DNA from: Moniliella sp. 'wahieum'
Lineage: Eukaryota
Assembly (NCBI GenBank): GCA_003971905.1
Contig: RSEE01000009.1
Location: forward strand, 992,001 to 1,056,000
Direction: 5' to 3'
DNA: 64,000 nucleotides
Part shown: one piece after another, positions 47,923 through 60,900 of the stretch
How the letters are laid out: each line of letters starts with the position of its first letter
Numbering within the stretch: the stretch's first letter is position 1
Made by a program: the position numbers and the translations under genes
The notes under the pieces: model-generated
What the model saw: the letters and a program-made list of their open reading frames with translations, nothing else
What the model was told of the DNA's origin: nothing
Database searches by the model: none

Positions 47923-50900
47923 ATGCCCCTCCCCACCGAGCAGACCGACTTTGTCCGTAGTCATCTGCTCCCCGAGGACACCACCGCCCAGGGCTACTGG
48001 GCACAGCGCGGGCGTGCCGGCCTCGGCGGTCTTGCGCGCGACCAGGGCATATCCCACCGTTCAAAGGTATCCGTCCCTGGCACACGCCGCTTCGACCGCC
48101 AGCTCAACACCTCTCTTCGCTCCCATGCGTTCATGCAGGACGATGCCGACCTGTCCCCCTACGCAAAGTCCCTACTTCAGCGCGAGGAAGCCAAGGCCAA
48201 GGCCTGCGCCGATGCTGCCGCCCACGAAATCCGCCGTGCCCATGTGCCTCCTACGCCCATGGCTACCACTTCTACCAGCACCCCACACCTCATCCCTCCT
48301 CCCAACACAGAGTTCATTCTGTCATCTGCTCGTCACCCCTCCCCGCTTACCTCGTCCAACCGTCTTCCCTCCGCTGCTGAGAAAGAGGACGGGCGTTCTG
48401 TTTATCACCCTACCGCAGTCATCCGACACTGCCGGCCTACTTCCGGCCTCAGTAGCCCATTATGATCGACCCTTCTCATCTACCTTGCGTGGAGATCCTC
48501 AACCCGGGATCTCGCCGCCACCCCCCTGGCCCATCTTCCTTCGGTGGGCGAACTCATTCCTTCCTCCCTACCAACACCCCATCGGATTCATTCTCGGGCC
48601 CCACGGCTCGTGTAACCGATGACTACTTGGCCTCCCGCTGTGCCAGTATGGCTGCTGGGTTGGGATGGCAGAATGTCGTTGACATCTCTCCTGGTGACCG
48701 CCTGGGCCCTGGGTTGCACCATGACGGCTCCGAAATCCGCCAGGTACACTCACCGGGGGCCAACGAGCCCATTTGGGATATTGATCGCCCGCTGGAAGTG
48801 GTGCGCAAATTGGGCGAAGGGAGCTACGCGTGTGTCTACTTGGTGAATGAGGTATGCCCCGTAGCCAAGAGTCAACACAACCGCCCACCGCGTCAATTTG
48901 CACTCAAGTGCTTGTGCAAGCGCGACCTATCTCCTTACATTATGTCGATGCAACGCCTTGAATCATCCATCCGCCAATCCCTCCCTCGTCACGACAACAT
49001 TGTCACTCTTTACTGCGCATATGAGACCCAGGATTGGTTTTTCCTCCTCTTTGAATATTGCCCCGGCCAAGATCTATTTTATTGGTTGGAACAGGCTCAC
49101 GAAACGCTGGAATACGAAACTGAAGATGGGTCCTACGTGCCTGGGATGGCAGAGTCACTTCAAGGAAACGCCACACCCCGTGAGCCACTTCTCTTGGCTA
49201 CTACCTCGGGCTTTTCCATCTTGTCCTGGCAACGCCTGCATCTCATTAGCCATATGTTCCACCAAATGTGCTTGGCCGTCCAATTTTGCCACGATCATGG
49301 GGTTGCACACCGGGACTTGAAACCGGAAAGCTTCATTGTGGAGGACCTCCGCCATCTCTCTTCCAACGCTGATGAGTCCGAACAGGTGATTGTCAAGCTT
49401 ACCGATTTTGGCCTTTCCACCCATCAGGAGCGCTGCCACGACTTTGTCTGTGGCAGCAAGCCGTACATGTCGTATGGTAAGTTGGTATATCTTTTGACCC
49501 TTCCAGCAAAGACTAACATTTTTTTAGAATGCTGCAATGAGACGTCCACGTCGTTCGACCCCAAGTCAGCCGACGTATGGTCCCTGGGCATCGTTCTGCT
49601 CAACATGCTATTTCACCGTAATCCCTTCCAGGAGCCGTGCGCAGATGTTTGTCCCTCGTTTGCCGCCTTTGAGCGAGATCCAGTGGCTTTTCTATTGTCG
49701 GCTTTTGACGGACTGACACCCGCTGTGGCATCCTACTTGGCCACTCACGTCTTCAGCAAGATCTCAAATGGCCCTCGCGTTTCGGCCGCCGAGTTGGGCG
49801 CCTGGGCGGCCAACTTGAGTGATCATTTGGGCATCTCGGACCCCCGGCAGCGTCCCACCTTGTCCCGTGGCGCTAGCATGGGCATCACTGCTCCCCTCTC
49901 GCGCACCACCTCAGGGCCTGCCTACTCCTGTCCGCCTTCCGTCTCATCCGCCTTGCCCCAGACGGTGGAACACCTATCGGGTTTGTCCTCCACTCTTCAT
50001 GTGGCACCTCACGACTTGAACACCGCCGAGAAGGAGGGACTCAAGCTCCCTCTCTCTGTCAATCCCGCCTCTCGGTTTAATCTGGACAAGGGTTTTGCCC
50101 GCTCTTCCCGTCCGGAAGATGTGCCCTCCATCTTCACCCGTCGTGGGGCACAGGGCAAGTTGACAGTCGCCACGTCGCACGCTGAACCGGTGGGCCCTCG
50201 TGGGGTGACGGCCATGCTTGGATCCCAAGAGGAGGCGCTCGATTCCTCGGACGATGAAGTGGCTTCCATTACAAGCTCGGCCAAGCCCCGTCGGCGCAAG
50301 CGTGGCAACCGTAAAGGCTCCGTCGCTTCCTGTGCACGGGAGGCAGCTCACCCCCCAGCTGTTGTATCCCATCCCACCCACGCCCCTCCTCCACTCCCCT
50401 CTGCAACGGGAGCGGGAACGGGACAGGGACAGGGACAGGGACAGGGGGAGAAAGCACGCAAAGCGTTACTACCGGCGAAGCCATTGCTTCCCAGCGAACA
50501 ACCTCTTTCGTGGCGGGAGCGCACCCAGCCTACCCGGGCACCACCCCGCGGACCAGCATGTCAAGCATGCGATCCGGCCTGTCGGATGACCAGGTGAGCA
50601 TGTACTCAACTGCGTCGGCTCCTGCCGAGGTCATTCGTCGTTCGCATGAATCGGCGATGAAACCATTTCGGCCTGCTGCGGTTCTTCAGCCCATTTCCGA
50701 ACAGAGGGAGAAACCCAAGGCCATGCCAGGCCAACTGGATGCATCTTTCTTGGCGGACATGTATGGTGGATCATCCAAAGTGAGCCGCCCACATGGGGTG
50801 CGGTCGATGGATCGTCGGCTGCGGTCGGGCATGGATCCCTATACCACCTCCCTCCCTTTCTATGGGAGGCAGCACGGGAGCACCACTCTATGGACCGTGC

Positions 50901-51189
50901 TCGATCGCGTCCCACACCTCCTAGGCGACAACCTCGCGGCCCTCTTATGGATGCTGGCTCCACTAGTGTCCCTTTCGGTCGTGCCCCTCATTCGCTGGGG
51001 TTTGCCCCAACGGATCATACCTCGTTGTCGTCCGCTCCCCTTGGCAGCTCGGCCCGGTCGCTGACCGAGTCGTCGATTGACAGCGCTAATTCGGCTGGCA
51101 TGACTGCGAGCGACGTGACGCCCATCGATGGGGCAGGGAAAAAGTCGAGTCTGACTGGGAAAAGCTTCACCAAGTTCTTCCGCAAGTAA
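47923..51189 (+). CDS. Ser/Thr protein kinase, Ran1/Pat1 (Sks1/Vhs1/Ksp1)-like
   Basis: LGEGSYACVY, FALKCL, HDNIVTL, HRDLKPES, VKLTDFGL, CGSKPYMSY|ECC (intron 49477-49527), DVWSLGIVLLNML..NPF. Low-complexity N- and C-terminal extensions with frameshifts. Confidence 0.9.
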
Positions 51190-51898
51190 ACTCCTACTCC
51201 TCCCTGGCCACCATGACACCGTCCTTGCTGCCCCCCCCCCGTCCGTTCAATCCCTGCTATTTTTTCCCACCTCGTCTATGGACCTTGTAGCCCTCCACTC
51301 GGATTCGTCCTGCGTACCCACCCTCATTCGTCGGTTTCCAACTTGCTCCCCCTAATGTGCTAGCCGAGTCCGGCTCTTGCTCGAGGGGCAGCTTTTCCTA
51401 TTCATTCTTGTACCTTTCTTGGTTGATGTCAACCTTGAGATTCAACTCAACGTACTCATCGTTCAACGTTCACTCCTAGTGTATCGCGGCCAGCTGGGCC
51501 TGGCTGTACGTTCTGTTATTACGGAAATCCCTGCTTGCAGGACAAACTCCTACAGTTTCTAGACCTAGGATGCATGCTCAGCTGCTCGCCTACTCTTTGC
51601 CCTAAGCTTCCTAAGTATCCATATCATTGCGAAGGTTTCTGGTCCAGGCAGGAGAAAGGCTTTGCCCCCAGGCTGGCTCACATGCTTCGTTTTTGCGACA
51701 GCTCACACCGACAAAAGTGGAGAACGAAGGCGTCGTGTCGCCAGTAAATCAGGATCATCTTGTTCCCGCCACTCGTCTCTTGACGAAAACGGGAGAGTAC
51801 GCACTGATGGTGTATGAACTGAGTATTGATGGCTTATGGAATGGACCCAGGATGGGATGTAGGACGAGTGACAGTAGAATACCCAGGCAAGGGGAAGA

Positions 51899-54246
51899 TC
51901 AGCGTTTTTTGGTTTTGGTTTTGGCCTTGCTCTTGCTCTTGCCATGCTTGGTCTTGGCCTTGGGCGTGCGTTTGGACTCAGCGGATGGGGCTGGAACGGG
52001 TGCGACAGGTTCAGGCACAAGAGTCGATGAAAGTTCCGCTTCATCTGGCGGTGACACTGGTACAATCTTCTGTGATTCTGTTGCCACAGTGTCCCCCGTT
52101 GACTCGGCCACTTCATCAGATGGCCGCTTTAGTTCGAGCCTGTCGAGAACCTCGCTTGCACCAAGCTCGGTGGGTTGCTCGAGTGCACCTTTGGCGCTTG
52201 CCTCGTCTACAGGCTCACGCTCTTGGGTCCGAACAGGCTCAGGTTCAGGTTCAGGTTCAGGTTCCAGTTTGGGGGGAAGGTTCCAACCGGAAAGTGTCGG
52301 GGAACCAGCGCGGGGCGTGTCTGGTTCCACGGCTGATTCGAACGCCGCATCGTCCGTCGTGGCAATCGAGGCGGGAGCAGAAGGACGGACGACGGGATGG
52401 GTGTCCTCCTCGGTAGAAAGAGGCAGCTTGGCTTGAACGACACTGGGTGAGTCGGGAACATCCACCACAACGATCGATTCGGCCAAGGCGCCGTCCGATT
52501 TCGTATTTTCTTGGGTCGAGCTTGGCAACTCTGTGCAAATCGTTCCCACTGGGGTGGCTTCTTTGCTGCTCTGTGTAGTAACCTCCTTGTCAGTCGGGGT
52601 AGCTTCGCCGTTGACCGGGGAGAGTTCCTCCTTGTTAGTCGGGGTAGCTTCGCCGTTGACCAGGGAGACATCTTCCTTGTCAGTCGGGATAGGGGTGCTT
52701 TGGACGAGACGAGATGGCTCTGTGCGAAGGCGCTGGGCTCGCTCATAATGGTTCACGAACCAGGGCCGAAGCAAATCGTAATGCTTCTTGGAATTTCCAA
52801 TCTCAAAGGGGATCGTGTAAAAGTCATGGGGCATGCCCGGGGCAACATAGTGCTCCACATCTGTCCCTGCCAAGCGGGGCGGCGAAGAGCGTTCCTTCAT
52901 CCAGCAGCGCCTCCGCTCCGCCATTGCCAATCCAAAGGGGCGGTAGCGAAGCCAGTTCCTCCGCCGCCAGGTAGTGCAGACAGCCAGGGACTGGTAGTGG
53001 GCAGGCTGTTGGTCTTGATGTACTTCTGGCTCATCTCTAGGCAATCGGTACCCCACTCCATGTAGCGTAGTGTGACAATGTCGTGTCCCGCCGCCTTGGC
53101 CCGGCTCGGGAACAAGTCCCCACGTCGGCAACATGGCAAGGGCCAAGGGCTGAACAGGACGAGACCCGGGGTGGCAGGTGGTGGGCGCACTGGTTCTGTC
53201 CCTAAAAGGTCAGAAAAGTGAGCCACTTTGGTTGCCACCTCGGCCGGCGACAAGGATGGGTTGACGGCAAGGAACGATTGAGCAGTCGGGGCCTCAAGAT
53301 GGGGCCACACGTCCCGCAAATAGCGGTTTAAGAGCAACGTCGCCATCGACCCATACGAGTCACCGCCCAAGAAGACTTGGGAGGGGTGGTAGCCCAGCTC
53401 GAGCACCAAGTAGAGCCATGCACCAAACAGCTGCGCCACCGTAGTGGGATACTTGGCGTACGGCCCCCAAATCGTAATCGACCGTAAACACATCTATCTC
53501 CGCCGTGCGCGCCAACACTGGCCAAGGTCGCGCCCATAAATGCATCGCCAGCACTAAAGCTGACCCCGGCGCCGCCATGACAGTACAGAAGGACAGGCTT
53601 AGTACGTGTCTTGCAACTGTCGTGCGGCAGGGGCGGGCGCGACGTTGCACGCGAAAGATACCAGAAGCACTTGACGTGTCGCTTGGCAAAGCCGGGTTCG
53701 ATCATTGGGCGCCCTCTGTAGAGAGGCGAGAAGGAGATCTGAGTGTCCAGGGGTTGGGGGGGTCGCGAATCGCGAGTAGGCCACGCAGCCAATCCGCTGG
53801 AGGGGGCGACACAATACCTCGTCCAGCCGATGGCCGTGAAGGTGGCTCAAATGAGGCACCGTCTTGGTATCAGCCCAAATGCGGTTGCCATAACTGCCCC
53901 ATGAAAGAGCCTGCATAAAAAACGCCAACAACCCCGTGGTTGCCGTGTCGGAATGGGGGGCAGGAGCAAAGCGGATGAAGCCCATGCAGATGATGACGAT
54001 GCGGACCAGGGTGGTACTGACCGCCGTCTTGAACGACCACGCTGGATGTTTGCGCATAAAGGCAAAGACATTGCGCAGTACGACAAAGGGCGTGGCGATG
54101 ACGACGGCGGGGACAGTTATGGTGTACTGGAGCAGGAGGCGCAGAAGATACAGCCACAGCCGACGGGGCGGGCGGTGAGCATGCCTGACGGCGTCGTACA
54201 CGCCGGGGGGAACAGGCGACAAGGCAAGCGTCGACTGGATGGCCAT
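51899..54246 (-). CDS. Alpha/beta hydrolase, hormone-sensitive-lipase family (Say1-like), with N-terminal membrane anchor
   Basis: PVLLYCHGGAG, VFTVDYDL, PYAKYPT, VFLGGDSYG (nucleophile elbow), LVLFSPW, GMPHDF. Acidic repetitive C-terminal extension. Confidence 0.85.
52583..52688 (-). repeat. 42-bp (14-aa) coding tandem repeat, about 2.5 copies
   Basis: PTDKEDVSLVNGEAT-PTNKEELSPVNGEAT-PTDKEV. Confidence 0.8.
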
Positions 54247-54945
54247 GGTGTGTGCCGCTGGAGGCGTCAAAGCGCCGTTGGGAGACCTGAAGAGGGAGCG
54301 CCGAGTTGTCCGGACGTGGAGGGCTGAGCACACGCCCCAATCGGATATCCGAGGCAGATGCAGCGCAAATAGACGTGGCTTGGCTTTCGGTGTGCCCCAG
54401 TGCGTCCCAGCCGAGAGCCGGTGGCCAGTAAGCGCGAAAGGACGGCGCCGGTGGTTGGGGAGCTGGGATGCTTTCACCCGCTCGGGTTTGTGCTATCACC
54501 GTCACCGGGTCTTCCTGTTGCCGGTACGCGTAGCCTTCTCGATCAATCCATTCCGCCCCTGGTCTCGTCTCCTCGCTTCAGTAGCTTTTCAACGTTTAGT
54601 TAATTCATCGTTCAACGTCTTTTAGCCCCAGGGCTGGAGAGAGTCTGAAAACATGCTTGGTGAGGCATGCACACATGCTGGAAGTTGTGCTGTAATGTTT
54701 ACCTGACTACTATGCTATAGTTGACTCGTCTGGGCCAGAACGTTGTGTCATCAATCGAATATGGGAACGAGGGCAACACGTTCGTCCAAGGGAAAGCGAA
54801 AGGAGACAGAGGGAGAGACAAGAGACAGGACGGGAAGGCGAGGCGATGAGGCCTGAGGCTGAGGGAAGTCACTGCAGAGGCCTGAAGATGGGACAACACG
54901 GGATAAACAAGGCGGGATATCAAAGGAACGTCGAACCTCTCCGAT

Positions 54946-57900
54946 TCAAGCGCCAATACGGTCGAGCGTGGCCTGGAGAGAAACCATTGGGTCCTCCGAC
55001 TCCATATCTTCTCCAAGGTGGGCAGATAGAGGCGACGGCCCGGAAGAGAATAAGATGCCAAAAACGCAGCAGCATCCGTCGCGTCCAAATACACCGACCG
55101 TTCCCGCGGTCGGGGGAAGAGGAGCCGGCGTCAAAGCGAGTTGTCGTAGGAGAGGGCGCGGATAGGGGGGTGATGGGAATCGGGGATAGTACCCTCGGGA
55201 CGAGCCAATCAGGTCCTCCGACGCAGACCGTGGTGAAGCCGGAAAGTTCATTTCTGGCGGGGACGGCGAAGCCACTGCAATCTTGGCACTAGACAACCCA
55301 GCGCTAGGACTTGAGCTTTGGTTTCCACGGGAGCTCGGGGCAAGTGGGGTGGAGGTACGCTTGGCGGGCGCCGAAGTTGAATAGATTCTTCTCCCCACCC
55401 AATGCGTTACCCGCAATAGGTCCATTGGTTGAGCGGAGAGGGATGGGGTTTACAATCAAAGATGGCGGACGGATACTAGATTGGATAGGCGATGGAGTCG
55501 AAGGGGTGCAGCAGTTAACACTGGAGTCGGGAAACGGATGGAGGTGGAGGCTCATTGGTTTCATGAGCTAACGGCTCAACGTCACCGGGCAACTTGGTCA
55601 TCTCAAGCGGCTCGGTAGCCTCCGCAACCTCAGCGGACTCAGTTGGCTCATCAGATTCGGGGACAAACAGAATGTGGTGGGCGAGCACCATGATTTTGAC
55701 AATATGGGCCGCCTTGCCAATGTTGGAGAAAGACTCGACCATCGCTGTTGGGCCTGGAGGCGGACCCAGGAGTGACGTACCAAAGACCAAACCGATATTG
55801 TGGCCCGCCATCAAATTGGTAGAGCCCGAGGCTTCGACAAGAGCAAGGTGACGCGCTAACCGCTCGAGCAAAGCAAAATGGCAAGCCGGGAAGTCCCAAA
55901 TAAGCTGACGGAACGTGCTCAACCGCTGCTCCTCATTTTCAATCGACTCAGCTTGGATCAGGGCATGGTAAAAGGCGAATGGGACCGGAGGCTCGGGAAG
56001 CTCGCGCAGCCATAGCTTCACCACCCCGGCCAAAGCATGCACGTCACTCCACTCCCCCCTGTCGTGAGGTCCACAGTGGATGCCGGCTGGGTATCGAACG
56101 TGCGTTTGAGTGCATCCATGGCACTCTTGGCTCCGGAGATACGGTAGATGCCTTGCTCGCCCAGACCACGCGCTTCAATCTCGGACAAAAGCCGGTCGAT
56201 CACAATGGGTATCCGGTTCCCTCTCGTGCAGCCAGGTCGGTCAATTTGACACCAAAACGGGGTTTGCTGGTGTATCCACCAAAGTCAGTACATATGGTCT
56301 CAGCAAACCAGATATAAACGTACCATTTGTCGCAACCTGTTTGGTGGAGGACATGCGTGGTGGCGCGGCTTGCATGGCTTGTTGCTCCAGTTTCAGAGCC
56401 GCGTTGTCTACCTGACGGATGAACTCGACCATGTCTCCCGCGGATGCTGCTTGGAGTAGGTGACGAGTGCCATTAGGTCCAACGAGGTGAAAAGTATACG
56501 AACGCTGGGAGTTGGGCCAAACATGCGTCCGGGCCCCACGCAACGACAAGGACAACGACGGTTTCCCTGATGTCGATATGAGTCCCATGAGCTCAGCGGC
56601 GGTCCGTGCGGGCGAGGAGACGGTAGGTGGGCTGGGCTCGTTGCTGAGCATGGGACGGAGGGGAGCTCGGAAAATGGCTGTCATCCGGCGCGTTCGCCGC
56701 TCCACACCGCTGGTCGAACCGCCCACCATGCCACTCCCACCTCCACTTGTCGCACCCGCTTGGCCACGACGGTGTTCGCCTCCTCCCGTGTTACTGTTCT
56801 GTACCGCGCTCGACGTGGCTTCTCCAATGGTCTCACTCGCTTGACGTAGCTCACGTGTTCGATCATGCTGCTCTGAGAGATAAGCTGCCAAAGGTTTGGC
56901 CAGCCCGCCACGTTTGCGTCCTGGAGAAGGAACGATGAGCGCGGCGGCCTCGCGCGCCGCGTCTTCCTTGAACGCCTTGGTATCCCAAAAAGCTTGCGTC
57001 AACGTGGTTTGGAGCATACGGAAGCGGCTGCTCGCCACATCAAGCGCCAAGGTGTGGATTGCTTTGGTGGCCTGTTCAGCACCCTGTACGATGGACCAAA
57101 GGAGGCGATACTTGCCCAGGCGATCAGTGGGACCGAAGTATCGTCCACCTCGTACGGTTGGGTAACGGCCTGTGCCATGCAGCCCAAGAGCCAATTGATA
57201 TCGATCGAGCAGGGTATCGCACTGGTTTCGGCCCATAGCTGAGCGCTCTGTGTTTGGTTGGGTGCTAAGGCGCGAAGTGTGTCCGGGGAGGTAGAGCGGG
57301 CTTGGGCGAGCTGGTACCAAGCGGCTGTGTAGAAACGAGCCTCGGTGGAGACAAGTGCGCTGACCAGAGCGCACTCGACAAGGCCGGCCAAGTTGGCCGT
57401 GTGGAAACGCCGCCCGGCTGGGTCGCCTTGGGCAATTGGCTCTTGGCCATCCGTGCTCGGCACACGTACACTGCATCAATGAGCTTGGCTAGGCGGGCCT
57501 GCCGCCTAGCCAGCCCCAAGCGAGGCTCCGTGATGAGCAGCGCCAACCACCCTTGCAACAAATGTTGCGCTGCTGCAGTATCCCGCATCACGGAAGGCAG
57601 CGCATGGAGCAACGGCACCGCCGTTCCGTTGGGCCCAACGGGTAAGGCCACCGTGTCAACAAAGCGGTACATGAAGGAGGCCGAGATCTCTTCTTGCCCT
57701 GTTCCGACGCACGGAACCAGCCCCTGGCGTCTTGACTGCCCTTCTCCAACAGCTCCGCCGCAGCCAGCAAATCTTGCTTGCCCACCTTGGTAGTGAACAC
57801 AGCCGCGATTGGCTCGAGAAGTCGACCAGCTCATGACAGCTAGCCGAGTCAATGTCAAACGCAGAATTGGCGTCAGGTACAGTAGGAGGGTTCGCAGTAG

Positions 57901-60900
57901 GTGCCATCTCGATCGCAGGCTGCAAGGGTGTACTTGCGAAAGCGACGCCGTCTCTTGAGCATCAAACACGGTGTCGGGGTCCAGTCCTGATTTGGATCCG
58001 ACCAACACCAACTCATCCAAGAACGTTGCCGGGCAAACAGCACCGCATGATCGGAAAAGTCGTAGGCATAGTCGGTCACCCACATTCGCAGACTTGCAGT
58101 ACCCCACGGCGTACCCGAGTCACCATGGACAAATCACAATCGGCAAGCGGGACGTGGCTCACCCCGGACCAAGGGACCAAGAGGGAAATAGATGCGCCGG
58201 GGAAGCAGATGGGACGAGGGGGATGGGTGTGCCATATGCGGGGCCAGGGGCACGAGGAGCGTAGGGTCCAGCCAGCGCATGAGCAGCTGCCTCGACTGCC
58301 AGCGTTCCTGCCGCCAGAGCCATATCGAATCGCTTTTTGAGCAAATCGAAGGCACCGTGGGATGACAGGGATCGATAGGTACCGAGGAACGTGCGCATCA
58401 ACACGCCGTGTCGAGCGAAAGGCGGCCCTGCCGTCGTGATCCGGACAGTTCAGCATCGAGATGTAGACCGGAATGTGCTCCAGGCCCATAACCATCACGT
58501 CAACTGCGAGACGAAGAGGGTCAGTAGGATGCATGGAAGGTCAAATAATCGAACATACCTAATCGTTCCAACGAAGCGCTTTGCACCTCGACATGCAAGT
58601 ACGGCGCCATTTCGTTCGCAGCCGAAGCTCGAGGGAGGGAGGAACGACGTGAACGCGAAGATGCCCACGAAGCAGGGCGACTAGAAGCACCCGTAGCAAT
58701 CGATGACGACAATCTCCTTGGTCGTGGCTGCGGTACATTGGTATCGATCACCTCTTGTACCCCGCCTGGGAATGGCTCAAAAGGATGGCTGGAGTTCATG
58801 CTTGCCGTTCCACTAGCTCGCTTTGTCTCTTTGCCAAAAGGCGATGGGGAGGGGAGAAAGGACTCGCTCAAGGGGCGGACGACAAGCTCCGACCCAATCG
58901 CCAGCAGAGCATGATTGGATGTACCATCGGGCCTTTTGGCAAAGGGATGAGCTGCGTAGGGCACCCCCCCATCTGGTGTAGAGCCACATAAGAAAATGCT
59001 CGAGCGAGCGACGGTGGATGGGTGCCAGGCCTGTCCAAAGAAACCGTTCCCGCTTGAGCTTGAACACACAGTGCGCCTGGAACGAGAAATGACCGTGGAA
59101 TAGGGGTACGTTACGGCTGGACCGGATGGGATGAGCGGGATGGGCATGGAAGCAGACCGGCCAAGCAGTGCGGCAGCTGACGTGCTGGGTTTGCGGGTGT
59201 GGGTGGAAGGAGCAGGATTGGGGAGTGAATGGGCGAGGGTACGGATTCGATTGGGATCAACCGCCTGTAGATGAGGCAAAGGTGAGGAGAACAGCAAGGC
59301 AACGGTGGAGTTTGCTGCGAGCTGGGTGCTCAAGGCAGGGCGCCAACGTACATGAACCCCACCCAAGATCCGGGGCTCAAACAACAACGAGTTGTCGAGT
59401 GCGATGGCAACACGTCTGTGTCAGTTTTGTGGGCCCATGTATCGAGAAGCGTTTTGAAAGCAGGAACGCATGGCGCCACCGCCTTCGTGTTCCTCGGGCC
59501 AATGGCGAGGGAATCCAAGAGGGTGTAAACCCGAGCGGAAAGAGGACCGAGCAGGTCGAAACTGGGTTTCGCACCCGTGGCAACAGCGGCAACACGGGCA
59601 GGTCGCCCAGATAAGGGAACGACGTTAACTCCTCTTTGCCCAAAGTTCCGTCGGAAGAGGGTGGGGAGAGGATTGGGTCAAAGGCCCGCCCAGAGAGAGG
59701 AGGGGCTGGCTCAATCCAGCCAGCTTTGGCCAATGCTGCCGCCCATACCTGACCCACCAAGGCCGAGTCGCCCTGAGCAACAAAGTGCCAGCTTGCTGAA
59801 AGCCGACTCACTGCGCGAGCAGTGAGCGCTGTCGCCACAGCGGCCCAGCCCAACACATCCCCGTATCCCAGGAGGAAAGAACCAAGCAATCCAGTGTCGG
59901 AGAATGGTGGCTTGGTGCCGCACTTGGAGCGTGCGGATGGGAACAGAACGATTGGATGTGTTTGTGTCGCCAGAGGACGGCTCGAACAATTGGGATAGAA
60001 TGAGAGCCGTCAGAGGGTGCGGCACATCAGGGGTAAAAGAGGCCAGGCGGCAACCATCAGCCGCCATTAGATTCTCCTCATCCAATACCCAGGTCAAGTT
60101 CAACACCGTACCACCAGCAGTCCAGAGATTCTGCAGTCGGATAGCATGCCACGTTTGAATCTGCTGTGCCACCTCAGCCGGGGGTAAAAGCACAAGAAGC
60201 GAACTGGGGAACCGGCCCTCCAGCAATGGTGCCAAATTGGGGTTCTCCTCCGTAAGCAAGTCGGGCTTCCCTGTTGCGAAGGCAAAGCCCACGACGCCCT
60301 CGTCTCTTCCACCCACCCGGGCACTGGTGCTCCACACTCATAGGAGAGGAGAGTCACAGCCGCCAGTGTATCTCCCCACTCGGACGGAGGGACCATCTCA
60401 GCCCTCATAGCGTTCAAAAGAACTCGCCCACGGGCACGAGCCTGCACAACCTGGGGCTTCTCATTTTGTCAGTATGGATACGCTGAAGGGTAAGAGGCTT
60501 ACCAAGTGTTTGGGTGTGTCTGCATTATCTCCCCCATCGACCTCATCGGAGCTGCCTGTAGGCGTGCCTTGCGCCTCATACTCTGACCTCAGGTCAGACA
60601 GGCCATCTGCGGCGGCCTGCAAAACGGGCAGAACTCTTGTCGCTGGACAGCAAGAACGAGAAGAGCACGAGCCACGCGTTCAACCTCCTCGTCACTCAAT
60701 TGGTGGGCAATGACGGCAACAAATAACCGAGCCATATCTGGGAGGCTATCTGTCATACCAAACCAGGGTTCAATCGGCTCTTCCTCTTCTTGCACGCCAC
60801 CTAAGCTGGTACTGGCGGATGCTGTAGCGGCTAAGAGGGCATGGGCGGTGAGACCGGAGGCTGAGAGACGTGCAGCGTCGAGAGTAGCCTGACCAGCAAC

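Noticed and set aside
48462..48465. ATGA stop/start overlap suggesting a uORF with termination-reinitiation ahead of the kinase
   Set aside because: It cannot be distinguished from one more assembly frameshift in a low-complexity N-terminus.
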